This document shows positions 1 through 17,187 of a DNA stretch of 64,000 nucleotides, one piece after another; positions within the stretch are counted from its first letter, which is position 1, and each line of letters opens with the position of its first letter. Source of the stretch: Macrostomum lignano (taxonomy: Eukaryota); contig NIVC01000218.1 of the NCBI GenBank assembly GCA_002269645.1, positions 142,407 through 206,406 on the forward strand, written 5' to 3'. Under the pieces are notes generated by a model that was not told where the DNA came from, made no database searches, and saw nothing but the letters and a program-made list of their open reading frames with translations. A program made the translations under genes and the position numbers.

Positions 1-184
1 GGGTGGGTTTGGGAAGTGTGTACATTGGGGTGGGTTTGGGAAGTGTGTACATTGGGGGCAGACTGGGGTTTGTAGGACCGCGTAAAAGTGATAATAAATA
101 TTTGCCTGTCTAATGAATCATCAGAAACTCCGACTACAGCAGAGGATAGCCCAAGTTCAAGCCAAAATCAAGGCCACAGCCAGT

Positions 185-559
185 TCAACCTTGCGCCAAT
201 TCGAAGTCGTCATCATCTGTAGTGCTGTCGCTACCACTACGCCCGTCCGAGAATACAATCCGATGTCCTTGGTCGCCGTCGGCATTTTCAATGTCCTCGT
301 CTTCGTCTTCAATATCGGCGGAAGCCAGAGGCGCAGCTTGCCTCTGTTGTTGCTGCTGCTGCTGCTGCCCTTTCAGCCTGATAGCCAGATCTCTTTCTAG
401 TTGATCGATCCTTCGCCGAAGATCTTCATTCTCGGTTGTCAATGACGCCATGCTATGACGTAATTCGGTCATACAGGCTGTCAGTTCGGTCACTTTAGAC
501 TGCAGCGAGGCGACAACAGCATCGGGTACGTCTCGAGCAGGACGAATTGGTTGCTGCTT
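185..559 (-). CDS. Candidate alternative last exon of coronin (second coiled coil)
   Basis: Acceptor ctttcttctag|AAG at 559, phase 0, open to TGA at 187-185: KQQPIRPARDVPDAVVASLQSKVTELTACMTELRHSMASLTTENEDLRRRIDQLERDL...ELAQG*. Same phase as the donor at 5346. Confidence 0.65.
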   Translation of the reverse strand, partial: KQQPIRPARDVPDAVVASLQSKVTELTACMTELRHSMASLTTENEDLRRRIDQLERDLAIRLKGQQQQQQQQRQAAPLASADIEDEDEDIENADGDQGHRIVFSDGRSGSDSTTDDDDFELAQG

Positions 560-857
560 CTAGAAGAAAGCCAGGCGGGCAAATAGGTGGGAGAGAAACT
601 TCTTAATTTCGATGGTTGACCTGGCGCTTTTTAAACTAGTGTTCATGGGAAATTTGAAAACAAACAACATAAATTAAATTAAAAGCAACAGAACAAATGT
701 GCAATACGTACATGAAAAAAATGATCCTTTGAGTGCACTTTTGATTAGCTCTTGGGCATGCTTATCTATCAAGAACATGTCTATTATTTCTGGGGTAGTT
801 TGGTCATATGCATCATCTAGCTGGGTGGTGTCTGGTCATAGACTATCGCCTCTATAG

Positions 858-1680
858 GGGAGTCTGGTCATAGGTGAGAGTCTGAGAGTCTAGTCATAGG
901 GGAGAGTCTGGTCATAAGGGAGAGTCTGGTCATAGGGGAGATTCTGTTCATAGAGGAGAGTCTGGTCATAGGGGAGAGTCTGGTCATAAGGGAGAGTCTG
1001 GTCATAGGTGAGAGTCTGCTCATAGATTATAAGAGTCTGGTCATAGGTTAGAGTATGGTTATAGTGGAGAATCTGGTCATAGGTGAGAGTCTAGTCATAG
1101 GGAAGAGTCTGGTTATAATTGAAAGTCTGGTCATAGGTGAGAGTCTAGTCATAGGGAAGAGTCTGGTTATAATTGAAAGTCTGGTCATAGGTGAGAGTCT
1201 GGTCATAGGTGAGAGTCTGGTCATAGGGGAGAGTGGTCATAGGTGAGAGTCTGGTCATAGGTTAGAGTCTGGTCATAGGGGAGAGTGGTCATAGGTGAGA
1301 GTCTGGTCATAGGTGAGAGTCTAGTCATAGGGAAGAGTCTGGTTATAATTGAAAGTCTGGTCATAGGTGAGAGTCTAGTCATAGGGAAGAGTCTGGTTAT
1401 AATTGAAAGTCTGGTCATAGGTGAGAGTCTGGTCATAGGTGAGAGTCTGGTCATAGGGGAGAGTGGTCATAGGTGAGAGTCTGGTCATAGGTTAGAGTCT
1501 GGTCATAGGGGAGAGTGGTCATAGGTGAGAGTCTGGTCATAGGTGAGAGTCTGGTCATAGGTTAGAGTCTGGTCATAGGGGAGAGTGGTCATAGGTGAGA
1601 GTCTGGTCATAGGTGAGAGTCTGGTCATAGGTTAGAGTCTGGTCATAGGGGAGAGTGGTCATAGGTGAGTCTGGTCATAA
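858..1680. repeat. 18-bp minisatellite (GAGAGTCTGGTCATAGGT)
   Basis: Direct tandem array. Confidence 0.95.
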
Positions 1681-2755
1681 ACTATAATTTTCAAGGCTTG
1701 TAAAATGACGAAATACATCCAGAGGAAATTATAGAATTTAAGGACAACAAAAAATTCAAATAACTAATCACCGCAATTCTTCTTTCTTACCTATTACTTA
1801 TGAGATAGAATAAAAAACCAAAAATAGGATTAAAAAAAAAAGAAACTGACCAAAACCACCATAAGCTACTGACTTTAGTAACAACACAACAGTTAAACAC
1901 AACAAATGTTTATGCTTTAAAGGTTAAAAGCAAGTAGAAATGCGTTCTACTCAATCATTGAGTTTACCTATACACGTGGAAAAACAGATGCCACCGAACT
2001 TGACCTTGATTTGACCTTTGAAGTCGACTTTAACATTGGCTTGACCTTTGGCCTATATCCGACAATCTCGAAGATTCCGCATCATGACCTCAAAATCTTT
2101 CTTTACATCGCGAAGATAAAATTGAAACTATTTTGGTATTTGACATAGAAACAGAGACAAAGAAAAAATTATGAATGGAATGAATTTTTAACTGCTATCG
2201 TGACGTTTGTGGAGTTTAGATATTTAGATTTTTAGCTGAGATTTAGAGTAGTGTGATAAATTGGATGTTTTGAACGTATATTTTTATTGTTTTAGGACTG
2301 GGATTTGAGATTTTTAGTTAGGATTAGGGATTTTTATTTTTAGGATTTGAGATTTTTAGTTACGATTGAAGTTTTTAGTTTCAGGATTAGGGATTTTTTG
2401 TTTTGGGATCGAAAGGTTTAGGATTTCACTTATTTTTAGGATTAGGGATTCTTTGTTTTAGGATTAAGGATTTTTTGTTTTAGGATTAGGGATTTAACGT
2501 TTTAAGATTAGATTAATTTTTAGGATTTGGGATTTAACGTTTTAAGATTAGATTAATTTTTAGGATTTGGGATTTAACGTTTTAAGATTAGATTAATTTT
2601 TAGGATTTGGGATTTATAGTTTTGAAATTTTGGATTTTTAGCTTAAAACTTAGGATTATTAGTTTTGGAATGAAGTTCTTGGGAGGAATAAAAACAGATT
2701 AGTTGCTAGATAGGATAGAAGACTTAGGCTTAGAATGAGACTGAGAATGAGAGAC

Positions 2756-9044
<6,289 letters not shown>

Positions 9045-9242
9045 TCAATGATGGGGTCGGGATTTGATTGGCTGGAAGAAATAATGTAAATTGCATAGGT
9101 GTACACTATCATAGGCAATCCTATAGCCATAGTTAAGATTGTACATGCGCAACCCTCCTGATTTACATTGGCCGTGCGACTTACTTTTTGACCAAAGATG
9201 CGACTTACCTATGAAAGAAACCGAAGCAAAAATTAACTTTTT

Positions 9243-9307
9243 GGGTAAACGGCGGGAGTAACTATAACTGTATTTTTAGGCTAAATGCCTCAGCATCTAA
9301 TTAGTAC
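9243..9307 (+). pseudogene. Short degenerate 28S rRNA fragment (helix 69-71 region)
   Basis: GGGTAAACGGCGGGAGTAACTAT and AAATGCCTC..CATCTAATTAGT match the universally conserved eukaryotic LSU rRNA sequence, recalled from memory. The middle block (canonically GACTCTCTTAAGGTAGCC) is altered. No rDNA context on either side. Confidence 0.8.
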
Positions 9308-9632
9308 CACGTTTGTATTTTTCGGGTGGGCATTTTAGCGACTTACCTCGGCAGGGCCCCTCGCTAGCCGGCCAGATCGGCCAGGTGTTGCGCATGTATC
9401 GCTAAGATGAAACTAAATAAAAATTAGCCCCTCAAATTACCATTAGCAATCTGATATTTTGGCATCAGTAATCAATGTATGAACTTTAATTTTCCATGGC
9501 AATTTTCTTACAGATTTTTTACTTTAATTTCAACAGTACTCTGTACTGTGATGAGTCAGTCTAGAGTGTAAATTCAGTGTGGCTGCATGCTTGTAAAACG
9601 AATTATGCGCTCCTGCAAAACTATCATACTTA

Positions 9633-9920
9633 TGTAGTCTAGTGCTTAAAGCCTTGGCCTCACAAACTGAAAGTCAGGAGTTCAATTCCCAATACCACTT
9701 GGAACAATTTGTGTCCTTGAGCAAGACAATTAATTAACTTTGCATTGCTTCAGTTAACCTAGCTGTAAAATGGGTGTCAGCATTAGCTGGGGTAATTGAG
9801 GGTGTGTGTTGACCCCCCCCCCAGTCCTTGGACTGAACAGCTATATGCAGCCTCTAGACATGCCATGCAAAAGCTACAGCTGAGCTGTTGGTTGGGACAG
9901 GTGTAATCAATTATTACTAT
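9633..9920 (+). mobile_element. tRNA-derived CORE-SINE, old diverged copy
   Basis: Aligns by eye with the copies at 33767 and 54093 (tgtgtccttgagcaagac...cttcagtt..ctgtaaaatggg...cccagtccttggactgaacag...ggtgtaatcaattatt). A/B boxes degraded. Confidence 0.8.
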
Positions 9921-11859
9921 AAAACTACCATGGATTTCCACAAGTTTAGCTTTAAACATTTGAGCTCAAAGTATCAACTAGCAATCTTTTTTGTTTCTTG
10001 AAGCTGCTATTCTGACTGCAAAAAACAATTCCTAATAACCTTGTTGATTATTTTAAAAATGAAAACTAATCTGATTGATTAAAGTGATCTAGATCCTTTA
10101 TAGTATGTAACTAACTAAAAAACAAGATACTATATTATTATTATAAATGTTTTACTAACTTTAATAAGAATGCAAAATTGCATTCAAGGTTTAGTTTTAA
10201 GATATGCTTTTTTAAAAACAAGAAAGAAAAATTTTTCTTACAAAAAGCAAAAAAATCTGGGTACAATATTGTATTCCAATGTCTAATTTTAAGAGGCAAT
10301 TTAGAAACTCAGGATGATATAACATTCTTATCACACAAAAAACCTAGATTATAAAAACAATTTTGATAGCTAACTTGAAACTAAACAATTGGACTATATA
10401 TCCATATGTATATATAGGCCTTAGAGTAAAATTAATAATTCATAAATCATATATTTATAATAGTTTCATAAGAAAGAAAATTAAGGTAGCTCTAATGAAT
10501 TAAACGATTATAATCAATAATCTATTGTATATCTCTATATATACACTTATATTTATAATTATAATTTATAATTCTTAATGGAAAAATTCTATTAAATAGT
10601 TATTTTATAAAGCAATTTTAGCACCTATTTATGATAGAAAAATTGTGCTGTCTATTTTTTACAAAATCCTAGATGCATTCTATAAGTGCTGATAAAAACT
10701 TGCACACTTGCATATACATTTTTGGCAAAGTTGCATAATTCTAAAAGGTTTATGTGCATACTTTTGTTTGTTCAAAAAACATGCTTGTTTTATTTAAAAA
10801 TGTTGAATATTTCACTTTTCATAGCAAAGCTACTGAGTATTTTATTGACAATAAAGAGAATTATAAAACTTTTTAAAGTATTTATTTAAACTTTGTTGCA
10901 AGTTGCGACCATTCTAAAAAAGTTGTTTAAATAATTTAAGTGCCAAGAAACTTATACAGTTAAGGATAAAAAAATTGCCCAAAAAATTTGAATATAACTT
11001 TTTCTTCCAATAGGGCCTACTACCATGCAAAGATTCCAACCTAGATTGAGGCTCATATATGCCCAACCCTAAAAATTTCACCTATCCAGTGCAACCTAGT
11101 TTTGTCTAGATTTGCAACTTAGTTCCTCTCGATTGCGACTTAGTTCCTCTTGATTGCAACTTAGTTCTCCTAATTGTGACTTAATTTTCACTTTGTATAT
11201 GACTTTTCTTGCCTTTTTCTCTTTTTTTTCTCTTTCTGGTTCTCTCTCCTCTCCTTTCTTTCTTTTCTTTTTCTCTTCCTCTCCTTTCTTTCTTCCCCTA
11301 ATTTTTAGTTTTTTGCATTTTTGATTTTGCGACTTACCTTGGCTGGTGGCCATTTCACCTCTCTCGTTTGGATGGGTGTTGGGCATGTATGTTGAGGCTA
11401 GTGGTGGACTGGTGGTATGTCATATGGTGCTGGCACAGTGGTGGTACAGTGCAAGGAATGGCAATGCATGCTAGATGTTTTAAATTTTAATGTGCAAATG
11501 GAAAAAATTAATTGTCAAAATACAGAATTGGGTATATACGTAATATACAACTGGGCCATTCGATATAATTATGGTTGTAACATGACAGGCTATTTTTACT
11601 TATAAAATGAAATCTAATCATAGAATATACTAAACCAATATTTTCAATGAAAGATTATTTTGTCAAGAATATGTTTATATAGTTTCATATAGATATCATC
11701 ATCATTAGTATAGACTAGCAATCTTTGCCCCCCGATGGGGGACATCTGGATAGAATCCTTGTTCTTTACAAATAACAAATAGACAGCGAAATAAAGCCTT
11801 CAGAAAAAACAACAGACATTCCCTCTTAAAAACAAAACATCCCAAGACAGCAAGCATCC

Positions 11860-12780
11860 TCAGACGGCATTCAAGCATCGATCCCCAAATAGCAAGCATC
11901 CCCCAGACTGCAAGCATCCCCCAGATAGCAAGCATCCCCCGATAGCAAGCAACCCCAGATAGCATGCATCCCCAGATAGCAAGCATTCCCCCAGACCCCA
12001 GATAGCAAGCATCCCCAGATAGCAAGCATCCCGCAGAAAGCAAGCATCCCGCAGATAGCAAGCATCCCCCAGATAGCAAGCATCCCCCAGATTGCAAGCA
12101 TCCCCAGATAGCAAGCATTCCCCCAGATCCCAGATAGCAAGCATCCCCCAGATAGCAAGCATCCCGCAGATAGCAAGCATCCCGCAGATAGCAAGCATCC
12201 CCCCCAGACCCCAGATAGCAAGCATCCCCAGATAGCAAGCATCCCGCAGAAAGCAAGCATCCCGCAGATAGCAAGCATCCCGCAGATAGCAAGCATCCCG
12301 CAGATAGCAAGCATCCCCCCCAGACCCCAGATAGCAAGCATCCCCAGATAGCAAGCATCCCGCAGAAAGCAAGCATCCCGCAGATAGCAAGCATCCCCCA
12401 GATAGCAAGCATCCCCCAGATCGCAAGCATCCCCAGATAGCAAGCATTCCCCCAGACCCCAGATAGCAAGCATCCCCCAGATAGCAAGCATCCCGCAGAT
12501 AGCAAGCATTCCCCCAGACCCCAGATAGCAAGCATCCCCCAGATAGCAAGCATCCCGCAGATAGCAAGCATCCCCCAGATAGCAAGCATCCCCCCCAGAT
12601 AGCAAGCATCCCCCAGATCGCAAGCATCCCCCAGGCAGCAAGCAACCCCTGATAGCAAGCATAACCTGGATACAAAGAGACCTTATAGATATCTAGCAAC
12701 CCCCTCTCAGATAGCAAGTACTCTCCACCCCCAAGAGCAAGCATCCCCCTGATAGCAAGTATCCATCCTTAAATAGCAAG
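11860..12780. repeat. 17-18-bp minisatellite (CCCCAGATAGCAAGCAT)
   Basis: Tandem array inside the Helitron-like element. Confidence 0.95.
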
Positions 12781-12839
12781 CATCCACCAGAGAACAAGTA
12801 GCTAGTGCAACAATTTCCTTAGCTTTATAATGGTTCCAT

Positions 12840-13730
12840 TTTGTTTGGCATGACACTTCTTTTATGTTTGAAATGGTGTCTCTTTTGTTTAAAAAAGTGG
12901 CTCTTTAATGTTTGACATGGTAGCTCTTCTATGTTTGACATGGTAGCTCTTTTGTGTTTGACATGATAGCTCTTTAATGTTTGACGTGGTGGCTCTTTTG
13001 TGTTCGACATGGTGGCTCTTTTATGTTCGACATGGTGGCTCTTTTATGTTTGACATGGTGGCTCTTAAATGTTTGACATGGTGGCTCTTTAATGTTCGAC
13101 ATATGGTGTCTCTTTTATGTTTGACATGGTGGCTCTTTAATGTTTGCCATGGCGGCCCTTTTACGTTTGAAATGTTGTCTCTGTTATGTTTGACATGGTG
13201 GCTCTTTAATGTTTGACATGGAGTCACGTATATTTTTGACATGATGGCTCTTTTATGTTTGACATGGTGGCTCTTTTATGTTTGACATGGTGGCTCTTTT
13301 ATGTTTGACATCGTTGCTCTTTTATGTCTGATATGGTGGCTCTTTAATGTTTGACATGGTGGCTCTTTAATATTTGGCATGGTGGCTCTTCTATGTTCGA
13401 CATCGTGGCTATTTTATGTTCGACATGATGGCTCTTTTATGTTTGACATGGTGGCTCTTTTATGTTTGACATGGTGGCTCTTTTATGTTTGACATGATAG
13501 CTCTTTTATGTTTGAAATGTTGTCTCTGTTATGTTTGACATGGTGGCTCTTGAATGTTTGACATGGTGGCTCTTTTATGATTGACATGGTGGCTCTTTTA
13601 TGTTTGAAATGGTGGCTCTTTTATGTTTGAAATGGTGGCTCTTTTATGATTTACATGGTGTCTCTTCTGTGTTCGACATGGTGGCACTTTTATGTTTGGC
13701 ATGGTGGCTCTTTTATATTTGAAATTGCGC
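12840..13730. repeat. 23-bp minisatellite (TTTGACATGGTGGCTCTTTTATG)
   Basis: Tandem array inside the Helitron-like element. Confidence 0.95.
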
Positions 13731-15228
13731 TTGCTTCTTTTATGTTTAGCATTTTGTGTTTTAAAGTGTTTTAATAAAAAAATTATTTTGCACTACTAAG
13801 ATTTGAACCCAGGTTGCTACATTAGCAGTCCAGTCTGTTCGCATCTTGGCTATCTCTTTTCAATTGGAGAACATGAATTGTGGCCCTTATAATTCAATTC
13901 TTATAGCAAGTCAGTTAGAGTAAAAAGTTATGACATAATCAATTTCTTAATCAGCCAGTATCAGTCTCAATTTAAGTTAGCAATATGGTTACGCAATTAC
14001 AATCAAGTCTTGTGTGCATTTTTTCGGCACTGTTTTGAACTTTTTGTGATGCAATCTTTATCACAATCGGAATTCAGCCAGTCAGTTTTTTCTCTAGCAT
14101 TCTTAAAATGCATTTCAAGTCAAAAATTTGGCTTGACCTTTGCAAAAAAGCATGTTTTTCGAATATTTAATCCCTTTAACATTGAGAAATTTCTTAGCCA
14201 GGATGCATGTACCGTCCCAGGAAAATTTCTGATCGAATGGTGCAAGTTTGAAGAAAATCGGTTGAGCCATTTTTTCTGAAATCTATGGCATAGGCCCTAG
14301 CTAGTTACAGACATTTCATTTTTAGTATATTGGATGCTATTAAACCTTGAATAGCACTTATGGTCGTAACAACAGGATTTTTAACATATAGAAACTAAAA
14401 GGTAAAAGTCTTATAACATTTTTCATTTTTGATATTTTGCAATACATTTTTTAAATTTGACTAAGAAAATCTTAAGAAATCATACTTTTTTATTAGAATA
14501 CCTATGTAAACTCATAAAGGCAACAAAGATACAAAAGAAAAGGCAGCCTTATGGTCGTAACATATTTTTTCTGTCAATTCAGTAACTTTGAGTTACCAAT
14601 ATATTAAAAATTTAATTAGATTATATAGTTGCTAATGTTTTTATCTGATTATGCAAATACTATAACTTTATCTATACTTTGTTTCGACCTTCCAAAGCTT
14701 TTCATTTTTTTTTCAAAAGGTACACAAAGTTAATGATGTCTTTTGCTTAGGCCTACAAAAATGTCCAATTTTTTACAAAAATGGCTTTTTGCCAATTGAT
14801 AACATACTAGGCCTAATCCAACATTTTACCATTCATTTATTCTTAGATTGTATATATTACACATAAAAAACATTAGGGCCTAGGCAAAAAATTGGCTGAT
14901 AAGGCAATGGCAAGTAAAAATATTGACTTTTTTCTATTTTCCAAATATGTCCATCCATCTTATACTTATATATGGAATGAGCCAACTGCAATCCTAAAAT
15001 GTCATTTATACATAAAACTAGTGATGGATCCAAATATTCGGATTCAAAATCCAAATCCGAAAGTCTCACTTTTTTAGAAATCTGAATGTTTCGGATTCAA
15101 CAATTTTATTTTCTAAATTTCCAAATTTGCTTCTGAATATTAAAAAATCAAATAACCAAAACAAAATTATGCTAAACCTTAAAATATGCAAAAGTTAAAA
15201 TCAACATAGATTATAATTAATTCTTTCT

Positions 15229-15267
15229 ACCGACGCGTTTCGGACCAACAATGGCCATCTTCAGGGT
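15229..15267 (-). ncRNA. Minimal type I hammerhead ribozyme motif (Penelope-like element type)
   Basis: Minus strand ACC-CTGAAGA-TGGCCATTGTTGGTCC-GAAA-CGCGTC-GGT: CUGANGA and GAAA core, bulged stem II, palindromic ACGCGT stem III, GUC cleavage triplet, 3-bp stem I (ACC/GGT). Confidence 0.6.
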
Positions 15268-17187
15268 CTGGTGTATTTTTAACTCACACAACAACTTTAT
15301 AAGTGAACAAATGTTAACTGTACAGTCCAAAGGGCATGTCATGGGCAGAATTTTCCGAAAATGTTAAGCATAGATTGCAAGTACATTGTTCAGGCTTGTG
15401 CCTCTACTTAGAATACCTTGAGCAAATGCCCCGCACCACTATGGGAGAGCTGTAAAATATGCCACCCAAAGGATATATTACTTTTTAAGATTGGCATTAA
15501 CTATGTTTTCTAATAAAGTTTGAGCAACACGGGAATTATCTCCTAATATGGCTATTTTCAAGCTTTACAGCATAAGCTTCAAATTTCAGCAAATTAAAAA
15601 AAAATCTTTTTTATTTTGCTGTCTGCAATCAACAAATTTGCTTTGTTCTACTGCGGAATAATTTGTACGCCCGAATCCGTTAAAAATGGGTTTCCTATAG
15701 CTGTAGGTAAAAAGTCCCCCAAGATTTTAATAAACTCATTCACTGCTTCAGCATAACCAATTAGTAGGATCCATGAAATAGAGCCAGCTTTTCTTGTTCT
15801 TGATACTAGGCCTATAGGTATTTAAGTATGTTAACATTTGCTGTCATGCACCACATTTATGACCATAAAGCTGGCTGCGCTTCATGACCACGATACAATA
15901 GAAAATAAAATAATGGCTACTAAGGGATCGCGTCTAGCTATTGTTTAAATTTTTAACCAACTGGCAGGGGCGTCATTCTTCGGCTACACTCGATTGTCTT
16001 GCATTTCAACTATGTACATTTAGCATGTCTTGGCCTTAATTGCCTCTCCTTGTAAAAACGACTTCCTTTTTTTCTGAAATCTCATGATTTGTTTTTTTTG
16101 TCGATTAATTTTTAGCATCACTTGTGTGATAATTATGGCCTAATTCCATTAGAGCCTTGAAATTTCGTACATAGTGATAGTCAATAGTACACAGGGCAGT
16201 GCCACCACATGCTGCACTTTTATCAAATCATTTCCTGTCTTTTAAATATTATCTTTTGTGTACTATCGATTATGTCGTCATAATCAGGGGGAGCCAGAAA
16301 TCTGACTGCCATGTTTTGAGTTTTGACCAAAATGCGATAATTTACATGACATGTAGATGTAACGTGTACGCATGATAGGCTTGTGAGTGAAAAATCCGTT
16401 GTGTAAGCTTGGTATAGTGTAACGCATGCAAGAAGTCAATCAGGTACATGTTTAGGGCATATATTTGATTAGTGGCATTCAAATGGCTGGCATGTGGTCA
16501 AATAATGGTTGGCAGTCAACTGATGAGTGATGACAGTCAAACAAACGGTTGGCAGGCAGTCCAACGGCTGTCGCGGTCAGATGTCGTGGACATGGCGGAT
16601 CATTGAGATGATTAGCGGCGCAGAAGTTTAAAAATCCTAGCTACATGTATGCAAGTAAGTAGTCTTTGTTTTCAAGTATTTTAGAATACAATAAGGGTGT
16701 GAAATGTAGCTCACTGATTTTCGTTATCAGCTTGTTGTCTGGTTTTGCTGTTTCATTAGTTTCCAAAAATAGACAATTCGCGGCCATTTCATTGACTGAT
16801 CTTGCCGCCGCATGTTTTTATCAATTTAGGCCAGGCGTGAGCCAACCCCCACCCCATAAAACCGGCTAACCCCCAGGCCTAAACCCTTATCACACAGCTG
16901 TACACAAGCTTGGCCGATTAAGCACATTGGGAGGGGGTAGAAAAAAGTGGGGTGGTTGTCGCTCCGCCTGCCGCCCGCCTAGCTCTATAGCCAATAATTA
17001 AAGCGACTATAGGTGACTGCGTATTAGCCCTCTCCCTCCATCCTTTAGTTAGTGTTAAAGTTCTAGAAGTCTAAGCGCTGTGAGCTGAGAATCTCGCGTC
17101 AACAGTCTGAGTCTTATCTAAAATATTCTGCCAAGCTTAAACCCAAGCCTTACTTGTAGGCTAAAACAGGCATTAAAATCGACAGTT

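Larger units (their letters stand above)
11715..14334 (-). mobile_element. Non-autonomous Helitron-like element carrying two minisatellites
   Basis: Minus strand: A|TCCAATATACTAAAAATGAAATGTCTGT at 14334 (5' TC after A) and ...CTAG|T at 11715, with a CCCCC-cgat-GGGGG hairpin (11728-11741) 9 nt inside that end. This is the canonical Helitron terminal signature. No Rep/helicase ORF. Pairing of the two ends into one element is inferred. Confidence 0.6.

Noticed and set aside
113-404. Plus-strand ORFs 113-400 and 222-404
   Set aside because: Antisense shadows of the minus-strand coiled-coil exon.
2280-2640. Interstitial telomere-like TTAGGG words
   Set aside because: Isolated hexamers within a degenerate TTTTAGGATT repeat, never in tandem.
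9243-9307. Intronic box C/D snoRNA guide (minus strand ACTAATTAGATG followed by CTGA)
   Set aside because: No C box nearby, rRNA identity continues past the CTGA, and the predicted target is not a methylation site I know. A genomic rRNA fragment is the simpler explanation.
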